Source of the DNA: a virus
Lineage: Duplodnaviria > Caudoviricetes
IMG/VR virus record: IMGVR_UViG_3300019093_001482
Span: 1 to 60,741 of that record
Reading direction: 5' to 3' (one strand)
Length of the DNA stretch: 60,741 bases
Each line of letters starts with the position of its first letter. Position 1 is the first letter of the stretch. Below, in pieces: positions 36,849-46,730 of this stretch. The position numbers were made by a program, and so were the translations under genes. A model generated the notes under the pieces. The model had not been told where the DNA came from. It saw nothing but the letters and a program-made list of their open reading frames with translations, and did no database searches.

Positions 36849-37559
36849 TTATTCAACTAGGGTAGCTATCACTTCTTTGAATTGAGATAGGCGCGTCTCA
36901 AGGTCTTTAAGAATTGGCTCAATGTACTGTACTAAATCCTTCGGCGAGTTCAACAATCGAGGTGCAGCATGTTCTGTATCCCAATATAAGCGTTCTGTTG
37001 AAAACGGATAGCTACCTCTAAACCCTTTGCGCAATGCTTCTTGCAATGTGGTTATCACAGTCCTACCAGAATACCCAGTTTCGAATGTATCTGGACGCAA
37101 TCCGTACTCAATGCGCGTTCTTTTGGAAATAGAACCATACATAATTCTGCATGCCTCTACTCGATCGTACAATTCGGTTAGCTGCATTCCAAAAACTTCG
37201 CTGCTCGTCTCTGTCCTAAGTGCTGCTAAAGAGGTCAAATGCACATTAGTCATTTTTGCAAGCTCGATTGCTCCAGATTGAAAACCTGTTTCGGCCAAAA
37301 CAATGCCTCGATCCGCGCCGGTCTCTTGCACAATCGTACGTAACCCAAGTACGTGCAATTTACTAACACGGGTCTTCCAATATTTACATTCAACAATCCA
37401 CTTCAGTTCAAATCCAACAAAATTTGATACTACTAGCACGTCAACGTCATGTGAGCCTCTCGCCCCCTCAACCTTGGCATTGGTTCTCGCGTCAAGGCCA
37501 AGTGAACGGAAAAACTCTGCAGCCTCCTCTTGATAGTTACTCCAGTCCTTTGCCAACAC
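36849..37559 (-). CDS. Mrr-like restriction endonuclease domain protein
   Basis: YQEEAAEFFRSLG…DVDV…IVECKYW…GADRGIVLAETGFQSGA (Mrr_cat PD-(D/E)XK); GTG at 37559 after GAGG preferred to 37631. Confidence 0.8.
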   Translation of the reverse strand: MLAKDWSNYQEEAAEFFRSLGLDARTNAKVEGARGSHDVDVLVVSNFVGFELKWIVECKYWKTRVSKLHVLGLRTIVQETGADRGIVLAETGFQSGAIELAKMTNVHLTSLAALRTETSSEVFGMQLTELYDRVEACRIMYGSISKRTRIEYGLRPDTFETGYSGRTVITTLQEALRKGFRGSYPFSTERLYWDTEHAAPRLLNSPKDLVQYIEPILKDLETRLSQFKEVIATLVE

Positions 37560-37599
37560 TTCACCTCTTTCTACACAATAAAAATCTAATGTCCCAGTG

Positions 37600-38619
37600 C
37601 TACTCCGATTTTGCCTTGGTCTTTTCACCAACTATTTTCGGAATATATTTCAATATTTCTTTTGCAAAATCGGATTCATTCTTAGCGCGCTCAAGCTCAA
37701 CTGTCGACTGCCCTTTAGTGAGTATAAAATTGCGTTCTGTTTTCGATAAAACATCAATTGCTGACTTCAAAGCAGTTGGATTTTTTTCCATTATTGCTAC
37801 TTCGAGCGCAATAAATTTCGACTCTAGGTTTGTAAGCTCGTTTTGGAAATATTTGATCTCATCCAGGCCAGTCTTGTAGAGTTTCAAGAAGAAAAATGCA
37901 ATTAATTCGATAAATATAATCAACAAAGCTCTCGGCCCGATCGGTAGCAATAGACTCTTAACGAACTCATCGTTTTTAGTTTGATGGTCAAGTGCCATGC
38001 TTTTTAACAAAGTCGATGAATCAACAAGAGAAACAGTTGACCACAGAAGGTAAACACTAATGGAGGTAATAACCATGCCAATAACAAGATTTACATTTGT
38101 TCTAAGTCTAAGGTCATTAATCTCACTAATAATTCGCGACACCATTCTTTCAGATGATTCACTCATACGGCGACTCGAATTCTTTTCTTTCATTTCAGCA
38201 TTGATGTCGCTCACGCATCGGTCTACGACTTTATTGAAGAAAGCGTCATCAGAGTAATGCAGGTCTGCTTCAGCATCAGTGACAGCTTTAGTACTTGGCT
38301 TACCTCTAAGGATTGTAGGTATATCAAATTCTTTATTGCGCTCACTGTCGCTCTTAGGCAGCTTATGGCTAACATAATAGTGTTCTGATTGGAGATATAG
38401 TATTGAATATGCAGCGACAGACAACATAACGCAGAGCAACCCGACAACCTCCGTGTCTATTTGAACTATTTTTGTAATAACCGTCCCGAACCAAGGGGAG
38501 AAAATAAGAACTAGCCCGAAAACTGCGAATACAACACCTAGCAACTTCATCAATTTAGTAAATATACGAGGTAGATTCACTATGAAAAAGAGATACCGGA
38601 AAGAAAAAGGCATGAACAT
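37600..38619 (-). CDS. Multi-TM membrane protein (moron)
   Basis: Four predicted TMs with soluble helical linkers; AT-rich. Confidence 0.75.
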   Translation of the reverse strand: MFMPFSFRYLFFIVNLPRIFTKLMKLLGVVFAVFGLVLIFSPWFGTVITKIVQIDTEVVGLLCVMLSVAAYSILYLQSEHYYVSHKLPKSDSERNKEFDIPTILRGKPSTKAVTDAEADLHYSDDAFFNKVVDRCVSDINAEMKEKNSSRRMSESSERMVSRIISEINDLRLRTNVNLVIGMVITSISVYLLWSTVSLVDSSTLLKSMALDHQTKNDEFVKSLLLPIGPRALLIIFIELIAFFFLKLYKTGLDEIKYFQNELTNLESKFIALEVAIMEKNPTALKSAIDVLSKTERNFILTKGQSTVELERAKNESDFAKEILKYIPKIVGEKTKAKSE

Positions 38620-38832
38620 ATTCCCAGAACAAAATTTATGAGATCACATGGTTCGACCATGCGAATGTATTCATAGAACTGATTTCTGCCGCCGTCTGCC
38701 CACGTTTTAGGGGACCACAGAAAGCCGCCAGACACGTCGGATTTATACGTTTGATTTTGATGTGTCCATCAATACCGCATTTTAAGATTACCTTTATTTT
38801 GATCGAGCATTACCACGTTGTGTTAGCTGGAA

Positions 38833-40149
38833 TCAATCCTTATCTGACTTGCCTGGGTTCAGCATCTTTGCAACCTCTACAAATTTTTCGAAAGCCTTGG
38901 GATCGAATTCTGACGGCGTAGCTTTTGAAAACGCACTTTCTGTCGCGATGTTCCAATTCTCGAAAATATCAAGCAGCTCTTTACGTTCGACAGTGCTGCC
39001 ATAGATTTCGAGGTAGAGCTTGCCGAAGTTGATCGCGTGCGCCCTGTCAGACCGCTTAATCGCCTCATGAATATAGGAATTGCTGACGGAAAATGCGTGC
39101 TTAGCCCAGAGGCTGAGTACGCCAAGTACTATTAATCCCTTGAACGAAATAAACATCAACATTGACCAAGATACTTCCTTTCCTTCATTTGCTATAAAAC
39201 CCCCGCCAAATAAAGCAATAGTCACAGTTGCGGCAATCGCGATGATCAAAACCACAGTTCCGTAAAAACTCCACCACCATGCCTTACTTTTATAAGATTT
39301 TTCACTCGTTTCCAAAACCTCAATAGCCGAAGTCACATATTCTGGCACCTTCTTTTCAATTCGTTCCTGCAATAATTTCTTATTTTCAGTTTCAAATTGT
39401 GCAGCTTTTTCTGCTAGTGATTTTTTTTCATGACTAAGTTCGGAATGAAGGTGTTTTAGTGATTCTATTTCAGATTCAAGTTTCTGTTGAAGTACTAATA
39501 ATGCTTTCTCGGCCAAATGATTCGTGTCTCCTTCTGTTTCCTCTAGGATGTCTACATTTGCATTAGCACCAACATTTTTTTTCGAATGCGATGGATTCCG
39601 CCTGTGGTAGTTTTCTATAATTTGATAAATTCGCTTCAATTCATTGCCTTTGGGAACAGGCCTAGAATTCCCTTCTCGCCGAACAAAATCTACTGTGCTG
39701 GGATCATTTTCCTCCAGTAGTCTTCTCTTCTTTCTTATCGCCTCAATATACTCAAGGCTTGCTTGGCGAGCGTAATATGGCATGCCAAGCACCAATGCTC
39801 GACTTGACTTTAAGTCCAGACCAGATTCTATTAACTCAATTAAATATCTTTGACTTAGAAAGTGGCCAATTTTTTTTAAGTCATCATCTTCTAATTTAAT
39901 AAGAAATTTTGATAAAACATGCGCGGTAACTTTTTCTTCTAATCCTGTAGCTAAAGGGGTTGGGCCGACACTGTCAAATATCAATTTACAAGCTACGGCG
40001 TTGCAGTTGACAAATACCTTTTCCAAAACTTCCGAGTCATTTGAAAATAGCATATTTACAAGAACAATCTGACTCATCAGTGCAATATAGTCCGAAACTT
40101 TTTCGTCTGGAAGATTTAATATTTCATGTTTTATTGCGTCTGTGTACAT
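38833..40149 (-). CDS. Coiled-coil plus two-TM membrane protein (moron)
   Basis: Long coiled coil, two TMs, helical C-tail; AT-rich; start uncertain (track gives 40269). Confidence 0.75.
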   Translation of the reverse strand: MYTDAIKHEILNLPDEKVSDYIALMSQIVLVNMLFSNDSEVLEKVFVNCNAVACKLIFDSVGPTPLATGLEEKVTAHVLSKFLIKLEDDDLKKIGHFLSQRYLIELIESGLDLKSSRALVLGMPYYARQASLEYIEAIRKKRRLLEENDPSTVDFVRREGNSRPVPKGNELKRIYQIIENYHRRNPSHSKKNVGANANVDILEETEGDTNHLAEKALLVLQQKLESEIESLKHLHSELSHEKKSLAEKAAQFETENKKLLQERIEKKVPEYVTSAIEVLETSEKSYKSKAWWWSFYGTVVLIIAIAATVTIALFGGGFIANEGKEVSWSMLMFISFKGLIVLGVLSLWAKHAFSVSNSYIHEAIKRSDRAHAINFGKLYLEIYGSTVERKELLDIFENWNIATESAFSKATPSEFDPKAFEKFVEVAKMLNPGKSDKD

Positions 40150-40322
40150 TTGATATTCTAGTTTAGGTGAGGTTAAGCAATGCTTCAGTCCAAAAATTGG
40201 CAACGTATCAATACGTATTGCATCAGACACTAAGTGTAACAAAAAGCAACCAACATTATAGTAAAACATTAATAAATATTTAATACATTTTATTGCTCAA
40301 ATATTATTTTCACGGACAAGTT

Positions 40323-40595
40323 TCACTTCGCTCCCTCCACTCCTGCCCTCTTAACAATCTTCCCATGCTCCAACAAATGGTCCAGCGATAACTCATAACT
40401 GCCGCTTGCCATACGCCCCTCACCATCAACGGCACGCACCGTTACCGTCTGCGACTGCACCACCACCGTAGTAATTTTGCGAATGTTCACGATAGATCCC
40501 GACGGCAACTCTATCCACGCGCCCACCTCGACCTCGCCATCTGCCAAGTTTGCTGTCCTATCTTGTTTTGTACTCATGCACCCTCCTTTATTCAT
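40323..40595 (-). CDS. Hypothetical phage protein
   Basis: Last ORF of the replication operon; GGAGG SD before the internal MSTK start. Confidence 0.6.
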   Translation of the reverse strand: MNKGGCMSTKQDRTANLADGEVEVGAWIELPSGSIVNIRKITTVVVQSQTVTVRAVDGEGRMASGSYELSLDHLLEHGKIVKRAGVEGAK

Positions 40596-40621
40596 TAAAT
40601 TCCTCGCCTGGGCCAGCCCAG

Positions 40622-41023
40622 CTACGCATAAATTTCTTTAATCTCGATACCATGGACCGTCTTCATCAAGTGCCGCTTGATCTTGTATCCTTCGGTCAGC
40701 TTTCCTTTTACGTCCTCCACAACCTTGCTGCCGTTCTCAACGTACGCAAAGTCCGCTCGGTAGATCAGTGAACGCTTTGCCTTGCCCTGTATCACTGTCT
40801 TCGGTGCCAACACAAACGACACCTGGCGCGTCAAGTCATCGATCTTCCCGGCCTTTGCCAGTATCATCAATTCCTGGTACCGCTTTGCTTCCGCCATGGA
40901 GTCAAATGATTCACCGTCTAGGACCACTTTTCTGTTCCCATACTTTTTTGGCTTGCGCACCAATTCGCCACTGATCGCGCTACTCATGCGCAGACTTGCG
41001 GCGCTTCGATTTCTAAAATTCAT
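40622..41023 (-). CDS. DUF1064-family PD-(D/E)XK nuclease (resolvase-like)
   Basis: KYGNRKV..DG..FDS..EA.RY…YRADF.Y…VVEDVKG. Confidence 0.85.
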   Translation of the reverse strand: MNFRNRSAASLRMSSAISGELVRKPKKYGNRKVVLDGESFDSMAEAKRYQELMILAKAGKIDDLTRQVSFVLAPKTVIQGKAKRSLIYRADFAYVENGSKVVEDVKGKLTEGYKIKRHLMKTVHGIEIKEIYA

Positions 41024-41026
41024 GTC

Positions 41027-41665
41027 TTACCTTTCTGCGATACGCAAAGGGCCCGGCCTTCCCTGCCCTAACTGTTGAATCGGCACGACCTGGGCAGAGG
41101 ATCCCAGTGCCATCACTTGTTCAGCCTTACCAGCATCACCAATCAGCATCGGCGCTGCACTTTTGAACCCGGCACGCTCGTTGTTTGACTCGGCAATGCC
41201 AATAAGCACTGGCGGGAACTCTGGCGCCTCATGCCGCTCCCGATACCCACGGTACCGGTTCACAAACTCGTTTCGCACGAACGGCCATTCCTCTTCTTTC
41301 TTGTTTCCCAGCTGGATCCAGCCTCCCATTTCCGTCAGCACCCGGTGAATCAACGGGTCATCGAACACTACAGAACGATAAGTCCCAACCGTCCGCACTC
41401 CCCGATCCACCTTGGCCCATGCGCCCAACGCAGAATCCTGGGTGGAGCCTTCCAGCATGCGCACCACGTCTGCTGGGAAAGGAAGAAATTGCCCACGATC
41501 AGGGTTCACACACCAGCGGTTAAATGCCTCAGAAACTGCACCAAAGTCGAATGCCTTCAGCGCTTCCCACCACACTCTCCCCGAGAAAACCGAAAAATCC
41601 TTTCGGTAGAACGAGTGGATGTCCGTCACCAGCTTGATAAATTCCTTGCGGTCTGCGTCAATCAC
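41027..41665 (-). CDS. DUF6475-like replication accessory / helicase loader
   Basis: P.PADVV, AWAKV…VGTYRSVVFDDPLIH…MGGW; directly after the initiator. Confidence 0.75.
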   Translation of the reverse strand: MIDADRKEFIKLVTDIHSFYRKDFSVFSGRVWWEALKAFDFGAVSEAFNRWCVNPDRGQFLPFPADVVRMLEGSTQDSALGAWAKVDRGVRTVGTYRSVVFDDPLIHRVLTEMGGWIQLGNKKEEEWPFVRNEFVNRYRGYRERHEAPEFPPVLIGIAESNNERAGFKSAAPMLIGDAGKAEQVMALGSSAQVVPIQQLGQGRPGPLRIAER

Positions 41666-42579
41666 GTCACACCTCCCATCAGTTCATCGGCAATAGCCTG
41701 GTTGCGAGCCTCAAGCGATTCTTGCCGGTTGGCCCGTTCGCCCTTAGTCCGCATACAGGCTGCCTTCATGTACGACGCCGGGTCTGCTGGCCTGGCCACC
41801 ACTGTGGCTTGCACGGCCTGCAGCACAGCGACATCGCCATAGTCCTTGACCAGCTTGCCCACGAATGAGCCGCACTGAGAGCCCGGCATGCCTGACTGCA
41901 CTAGCAACGACTTGCCTACGGTCCAGAGTTCATCTTTTGTCATCTGCTCGGCGGATTTGGGCGGGTCACCGCCAGTACCGTCAGGTACTGAATATAGTTG
42001 TCCCTTTCCCTCTCCCTTTCCCTCTCTCTTTCTCTTGGCTTCAGTTACAGAGTCTGTGACAGACTTTTTTATTCCGTCAAATTCAGTCTGTGACAGACTT
42101 TGTGACAGCTCACTCAACAGAGTCTGTACATTGCTTTCTATATGCGAAAAGTCGAAGCTGTCACTGGCTTTTGAGAGCCTGGTCAGCATCGCCTGTAAGC
42201 GTGCCTTACCTGTCCTAGCGCGTTGGTTCATTTTCCCTTTCCATGCCTCAGCAGCCTTTTCTGCCACTACTGGGTGATATAAGCGGCCATCGCTGCACTT
42301 GATCCAGCCATACAGGGCCATCTCTTTTAACTTCTTCCATGTCTTCACATCGCGCCCGAGCTCCGCCAGGCGGGCCTGTGAAACATCATCATCCGGTATA
42401 GATCCAGACGGCACCTGGTGAAATGATTTGAGCCAAAGCGTCAGGCCAGCGCGCCATTCAGCATCATCTGCCCGCGCGTGGAACTCCGAACTAAACAGAC
42501 GCATGATGTCAACCGGCATAAACGGGAAGTCGCGCAAGTCGCATTCTGCGGGGGACAATGGGTTTGGTAATTCCGTCAC
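41662..42579 (-). CDS. Replication initiator (DUF1376/YdaU-like)
   Basis: CDLRDFPFMPVD..RL..S, HQVPSGSIPDDD, GWIKCSDGRLYHPVVAEKA; internal iterons. Confidence 0.8.
   Translation of the reverse strand: MTELPNPLSPAECDLRDFPFMPVDIMRLFSSEFHARADDAEWRAGLTLWLKSFHQVPSGSIPDDDVSQARLAELGRDVKTWKKLKEMALYGWIKCSDGRLYHPVVAEKAAEAWKGKMNQRARTGKARLQAMLTRLSKASDSFDFSHIESNVQTLLSELSQSLSQTEFDGIKKSVTDSVTEAKRKREGKGEGKGQLYSVPDGTGGDPPKSAEQMTKDELWTVGKSLLVQSGMPGSQCGSFVGKLVKDYGDVAVLQAVQATVVARPADPASYMKAACMRTKGERANRQESLEARNQAIADELMGGVT
42045..42128. repeat. Putative replication origin iterons inside the initiator gene
   Basis: AGTCTGTGACAGACT at 42051-42065 and 42085-42099 plus partial copies; adjacent pyrimidine tract at 42001-42035. 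Confidence 0.65.
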
Positions 42580-42965
42580 TCGTTTTTCTCCATTAAGCCC
42601 ATACGTTTTAAAATTCGGTGCGTGTGCGCCACGCCTTCCTTGAATTGAGCAATCATCAGCTCGTAGCTGAAACCTGTTGGTCTGGGTGCACGGCCATCCA
42701 GCAAGTCATGGCACGCAGAACAGCCAAATGCTGCGGCGGTATCAGGTGCTTTCAGGCCCATGCCCTTACCGTCTTCCAACAAGTTGGAGTGGCATAGCGC
42801 CGTTGTTTCCGTGTTGTAGTTGCAAACCGGAAAACGCAATGTGCATTCCTGGTCACGTGCGGCTTTGCGAATCGGCGTCATCACCGGCCTGGCGGTTTTC
42901 ATGCGCTTAGTGCCGCGCTTTATGTTGGTCCGCTTCATTCGCATAGCCCGTACGCTGATGAGCAA
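42576..42965 (-). CDS. DUF1364/YbcO-like zinc-finger nuclease protein
   Basis: RKAARDQECTLR…CNYNTETT.LCH…GMGLK…FGCSACHD. Confidence 0.85.
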   Translation of the reverse strand: MLISVRAMRMKRTNIKRGTKRMKTARPVMTPIRKAARDQECTLRFPVCNYNTETTALCHSNLLEDGKGMGLKAPDTAAAFGCSACHDLLDGRAPRPTGFSYELMIAQFKEGVAHTHRILKRMGLMEKNE

Positions 42966-44017
42966 GCCTGGTGATCGACCAATTCCTCAAGTAAATCAAA
43001 CTGCTTTCCGCCTCGCGTGGTACGCGACCATTCAATCACAGAGTAGATATCGTTTGCCTTGGCATGTTCTTGCTTGTTTTTAGCCGCTTTCCCATTCCAT
43101 GGAGCTGGAATAAAAGTTGCCGCACTTCGCTTGCTGCAGAGGGAAACACGCTTCTCCCATCCAGCTACTTTTTCAATATGCTCAGGGAATCGAACAGCGA
43201 TTTCTTTCAATTCGCCTTTATTGGCGTTAATGCAAGGCATGCATCCCACTCTGCCCATGCCGCATTTGTAGAGCGGATTGGGTTCAATGTTGTTGCTTAG
43301 TGAATAGTCGATAGTCTGCTCAGCAGTCCACTCAACCAGCGGACGGAACACATACAAGCGATCGTCCAACTTCTCGAACTTCTTGGCATCGCGCCTATTC
43401 AACGACTCGTCGCGCCTAACGCCCTGCCAGCTAACTACCGTGAAACCTTGATCAATTAAGTCCAGCTGATAGTTAACTGCCAGCTTTGTCTTGAGTTCTT
43501 GCGTACAAAACTGAGCTTTCCGAGAGGGAAATCTACCCTTCCACATGCACAGATCCAAGAATGGATTGCCAGTCGGGTGTAGATGCTCCAGTGCCCGGCG
43601 CTTTGCCTTGTTGGTCCAACGCACCGGACGACCGCCACCGATCTTGACAGTCTTTTGAACAGGATTACCCTTCTTGTCAGTGACTACCTGGCCACGTCCG
43701 TCAAGCTTCCAGACTGGCGTGATGCCGTCGGGCATGAACACAGGCCGCGTGTCGTACTCACGGCGTGTACGACGATCACGGGCGATGAACAGGCGCTTGA
43801 CCGCGATCTCAAGATCAAAATTCGCCTTCAGGATGACGATGCGAACGCCTGTAACGCGCTCCAGGTATTCCCGGTGCTCAAACACATAGTCATGCTCATT
43901 GCCCGTGTCGCATAGAATGCCGACGACGCGATGTACACCGAACCGCTCCTTGGCGAGTAACAGGGTTGCAACGCTATCCTTGCCAGTACTACATGAAATG
44001 ACGTGAATGATGCTCAT
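42935..44017 (-). CDS. PAPS-reductase family protein
   Basis: STGKDS PP-loop, DTGNEH, FCTQELK, GVRRDES..R, NPLY..G..RVGCMPC. Confidence 0.9.
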   Translation of the reverse strand: MSIIHVISCSTGKDSVATLLLAKERFGVHRVVGILCDTGNEHDYVFEHREYLERVTGVRIVILKANFDLEIAVKRLFIARDRRTRREYDTRPVFMPDGITPVWKLDGRGQVVTDKKGNPVQKTVKIGGGRPVRWTNKAKRRALEHLHPTGNPFLDLCMWKGRFPSRKAQFCTQELKTKLAVNYQLDLIDQGFTVVSWQGVRRDESLNRRDAKKFEKLDDRLYVFRPLVEWTAEQTIDYSLSNNIEPNPLYKCGMGRVGCMPCINANKGELKEIAVRFPEHIEKVAGWEKRVSLCSKRSAATFIPAPWNGKAAKNKQEHAKANDIYSVIEWSRTTRGGKQFDLLEELVDHQACSSAYGLCE

Positions 44018-44541
44018 TGCCGCCCTTCAAACTGCGTCAAAATAGCTTCCATGCACTGCTCAGCCACCTGCGCAGATACATGCGGCCAAAGGTATTTCTG
44101 CGCGTGTGGCGTACGGAAAAACTCCAACGTACCTTCGCAATAAATCTGAAACTCGCCCTCGTCACATTTTTTGTATGAAATGGATCGTGGCACCGGAAAC
44201 ACACCGCCTTTCGGACCGCTACACCAAATAACCCAGCCAGATCCCACCTTTAGCCATAACCTGAACATTTCGCGGTCTTTGAAACGCTCCTGGTTCTTGA
44301 AAATCTCCCCCTCCAATTTCATCTGCTTTCTATGCACAGGGCCAAGACGAGGAATCAGGGTTTCAATTGAAAAGAATTCTCCACTGCCGAGATTCCAGAC
44401 CATACGCCAGAAATTACGCCAGGCTTTCTGATCTTCCTCAGCGTGCCCGTCTAACATGCCATACAGACAGTCACGCAAGACTTGACGTTGAGACTCGGTC
44501 AGCTCCTGGTCCGATTTCTTTGCGAGAACTATTTGACTCAT
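44014..44541 (-). CDS. DUF1367/YbcN-like protein
   Basis: R.GPVHRK…FRLWLKVGSG…PVPRSISY..CDE.EF. Confidence 0.65.
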   Translation of the reverse strand: MSQIVLAKKSDQELTESQRQVLRDCLYGMLDGHAEEDQKAWRNFWRMVWNLGSGEFFSIETLIPRLGPVHRKQMKLEGEIFKNQERFKDREMFRLWLKVGSGWVIWCSGPKGGVFPVPRSISYKKCDEGEFQIYCEGTLEFFRTPHAQKYLWPHVSAQVAEQCMEAILTQFEGRQ

Positions 44542-44597
44542 ACAGCTACCTTTTCTTGCAAGCACTTTGAATATTGGTCTAAAATAATTTGAGTCAT

Positions 44598-44843
44598 TTA
44601 TCGAAACCCTATTTTTGTTAATTGATCAGAAGCCCGGGCGGGTGCAACCGCTTGGGCTTTGCTTTTTGTGGTTGAGGATTTGACGTTGATGTACGTGGCG
44701 TACTGGACCACATCACGGATTGTGCTCGGAGCAACTCCATACTCCTGAGCCAATGCACCATAACCACGGCCATGCTTGTACGTCGCGTGCGTCGAGCGAA
44801 TCTGGCGCACCTGGTCGTCTGTCAACTTGCGGCGGCGCGTCAT
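44598..44843 (-). CDS. Small HTH DNA-binding protein
   Basis: KLTDDQVRQIR…LAQEYGVAPSTIRDVV; ATGA coupling at 44840-44843. Confidence 0.65.
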   Translation of the reverse strand: MTRRRKLTDDQVRQIRSTHATYKHGRGYGALAQEYGVAPSTIRDVVQYATYINVKSSTTKSKAQAVAPARASDQLTKIGFR

Positions 44844-45040
44844 TTCACACCTCGGCACAACCGGCAATATTTGAAAATTGCTTCGCCTTTTTTATTTCGG
44901 AATTGCTGAATAGAACGGCGACGGCCATTACAACGAAAGCCTTCACAGCGCCTGGTTGCCGTGATCGTATGCACAGATGAAAGCGACTTATTGACGACCT
45001 GGTGAATGTAATGAGTAGTAGCTGGTGATTCGTACGGCAT
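44840..45040 (-). CDS. Small Cys-containing (zinc-finger-like) protein
   Basis: CxxxxC…CxxC; coupled to the downstream gene. Confidence 0.45.
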   Translation of the reverse strand: MPYESPATTHYIHQVVNKSLSSVHTITATRRCEGFRCNGRRRSIQQFRNKKGEAIFKYCRLCRGVK

Positions 45041-45045
45041 CGCTG

Positions 45046-45426
45046 CTACCCCACAAATTGCGTGAAAAATTCTTCCGCACTGCTCGCCTGGGTAATCTTG
45101 GTTCCCGCGATGGTCATCAACGCTTCAACGACTTTCGGCGAAAAGGCATGCTCGGTTGGCACCGCTTCAACACCAATCACAGCCAGGAACTGCGCCAGGA
45201 ACGTCAGCTCTCCTTCATTGATCCAGCGGCCTGCTGTGGTTTCATGCACGCCAAACGCATCCGCAATCGTGCACACCTTGGTTTTCTGCACTTGTTGCAG
45301 GAGAGCGCTTTCTATCCTGCGTGCTTTTGCGAGCTGCACGTCCGATAATTGGATCGTTGGCTTGCGTGAAAAGAGTGGTTTGTCGGTCGAGCAGTTAAGC
45401 GCTCCATCATTGTTGACACTAAACAT
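45046..45426 (-). CDS. CII-like transcriptional regulator
   Basis: KARRIESALLQ…IADAFGVHETTAGRW…LAVIG resembles lambda CII; downstream of cro. Confidence 0.65.
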   Translation of the reverse strand: MFSVNNDGALNCSTDKPLFSRKPTIQLSDVQLAKARRIESALLQQVQKTKVCTIADAFGVHETTAGRWINEGELTFLAQFLAVIGVEAVPTEHAFSPKVVEALMTIAGTKITQASSAEEFFTQFVG

Positions 45427-45508
45427 ACCAATCCCTTATGTAATGGAGGAAGTTCAATTCGCTTAAAATCATCGTTCCCCAACTCTGATTTTTCACGAAA
45501 GAACTTCC

Positions 45509-45766
45509 ATGGACGAAATCGAAAAAATAACTAATCAACACAATGTGCAAGCTGGAAATCTTCATGCGTTGACATTGCTTGTGCTGCAAATTGCTAAGCA
45601 AGTTCCAGATAAGGAGAAACTGCTAAGCGATTTCAAATATGAAACCGAAAAAATGATTGCTGCAGCCCTGAATTCACAACTACCAGAATCGGTAGTTGCG
45701 TCCTTCCAAGACTCAGCAACGCAAATGCATTTAGCTATACAGAATTCCAAAGATCACGCCAGCTAA
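45509..45766 (+). CDS. Hypothetical protein, antisense insertion in the early operon
   Basis: 85-aa helical ORF opposite to its neighbours. Confidence 0.55.
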   Translation: MDEIEKITNQHNVQAGNLHALTLLVLQIAKQVPDKEKLLSDFKYETEKMIAAALNSQLPESVVASFQDSATQMHLAIQNSKDHAS

Positions 45767-46187
45767 CGAGTTTCAAGGTTGAAGTGCTCTGATTTACTGC
45801 TGCAACTGACGCAACGAGCGCTTCTTTGGTCGTTTCAATTTGGACCGCAGAAATCGAACCGTTTGCAACGCCGTCGCAAAGTGCCTTGATGATCATGTTT
45901 GCTTGCTGACCATTTAATTTATTTGAGGAACCCATTTGAATACCCTTCACGTTTTCTACTTCGTTGAATTGGCTACTGGAACAAGAGCTGGCCTGTTTTC
46001 GATGAATCGCACTGCTCGGCGGCACAATAAACCCGTTGAATCTCCCGTCACCGTTGAGAGCAACTGAATAAAGAGAACTGCCAACTGGCTTCTTACGAAA
46101 AAACAAGGTGCAAATCATGATCGTCATGTCCTTTATTGAATTGGTCGTTGTGACTAAAACTGGTATATCTGCTGTAACTGTGTGCAT
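45735..46187 (-). CDS. Hypothetical protein
   Basis: ORF between cro and cII; start uncertain. Confidence 0.35.
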   Translation of the reverse strand: MHTVTADIPVLVTTTNSIKDMTIMICTLFFRKKPVGSSLYSVALNGDGRFNGFIVPPSSAIHRKQASSCSSSQFNEVENVKGIQMGSSNKLNGQQANMIIKALCDGVANGSISAVQIETTKEALVASVAAVNQSTSTLKLVSWRDLWNSV

Positions 46188-46381
46188 CGTCGTTTCGGCT
46201 AATTGCCGGGCCTTTGCCTTATGGCCCGCAGATAACGCTTTGTAACGAGGCGGTACCAGATCAGCTGGGCGGCAACCTTTTGCCGCATCGATGCTTTAAA
46301 AGTGAAACGTGGGATAGGCCAGCGTGGTGAAGTCAAATTTACCTCTCCTACTTAAAGTTCAATAGCTAAAACGTTGACGAA

Positions 46382-46615
46382 TTAAATTGAAGTTGGCTCT
46401 CTCAAGTCTGGCCAGATTTCTTGATAGTCATCGGGGCGCAAGTCTTTGCGAGTAACCAGTCCGTTTGTGAAGTGCTCAATCTTTGGAGCCATAGGAATGG
46501 GAACCGGACGCTTACCATCTGCCCAGCGGGAAACGTCTGGTGCATGCCCTTTAATTGCCTTTACAAGCTCAGCCTGCCGACCTCGCTCACCATTGAAGTA
46601 TTCCGAAAGCTTCAC
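46382..46615 (-). CDS. cro: Cro/YdaS-like repressor
   Basis: VSRWADGKRPVP…IEHFTNGLVTRKDLRPDD..EIWPDL; divergent from cI. Confidence 0.88.
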   Translation of the reverse strand: MKLSEYFNGERGRQAELVKAIKGHAPDVSRWADGKRPVPIPMAPKIEHFTNGLVTRKDLRPDDYQEIWPDLREPTSI

Positions 46616-46617
46616 TT

Positions 46618-46719
46618 TTATTCCTTGGCTAAATTTACAATACTATATTAGCCCTTGGCTAATATCTAGTCAAGAAACTTTAAGCCAATGGCTAATTGCT
46701 TAATTTAGCCATGCGCTAA
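46618..46719. promoter_or_regulatory. OR-like operator cluster and pR promoter
   Basis: TTAGCC-N3-GGCTAA-type sites at 46618, 46648, 46681 and 46705; minus-strand TTGACT-17-TAATAT at 46673-46645. Confidence 0.85.
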
Positions 46720-46730
46720 ATAATGGATAG

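Noticed and set aside
43590-43800. Intein in the PAPS-reductase-like gene
   Set aside because: The insert is short and lacks the N-terminal C/S and C-terminal HN splice motifs.
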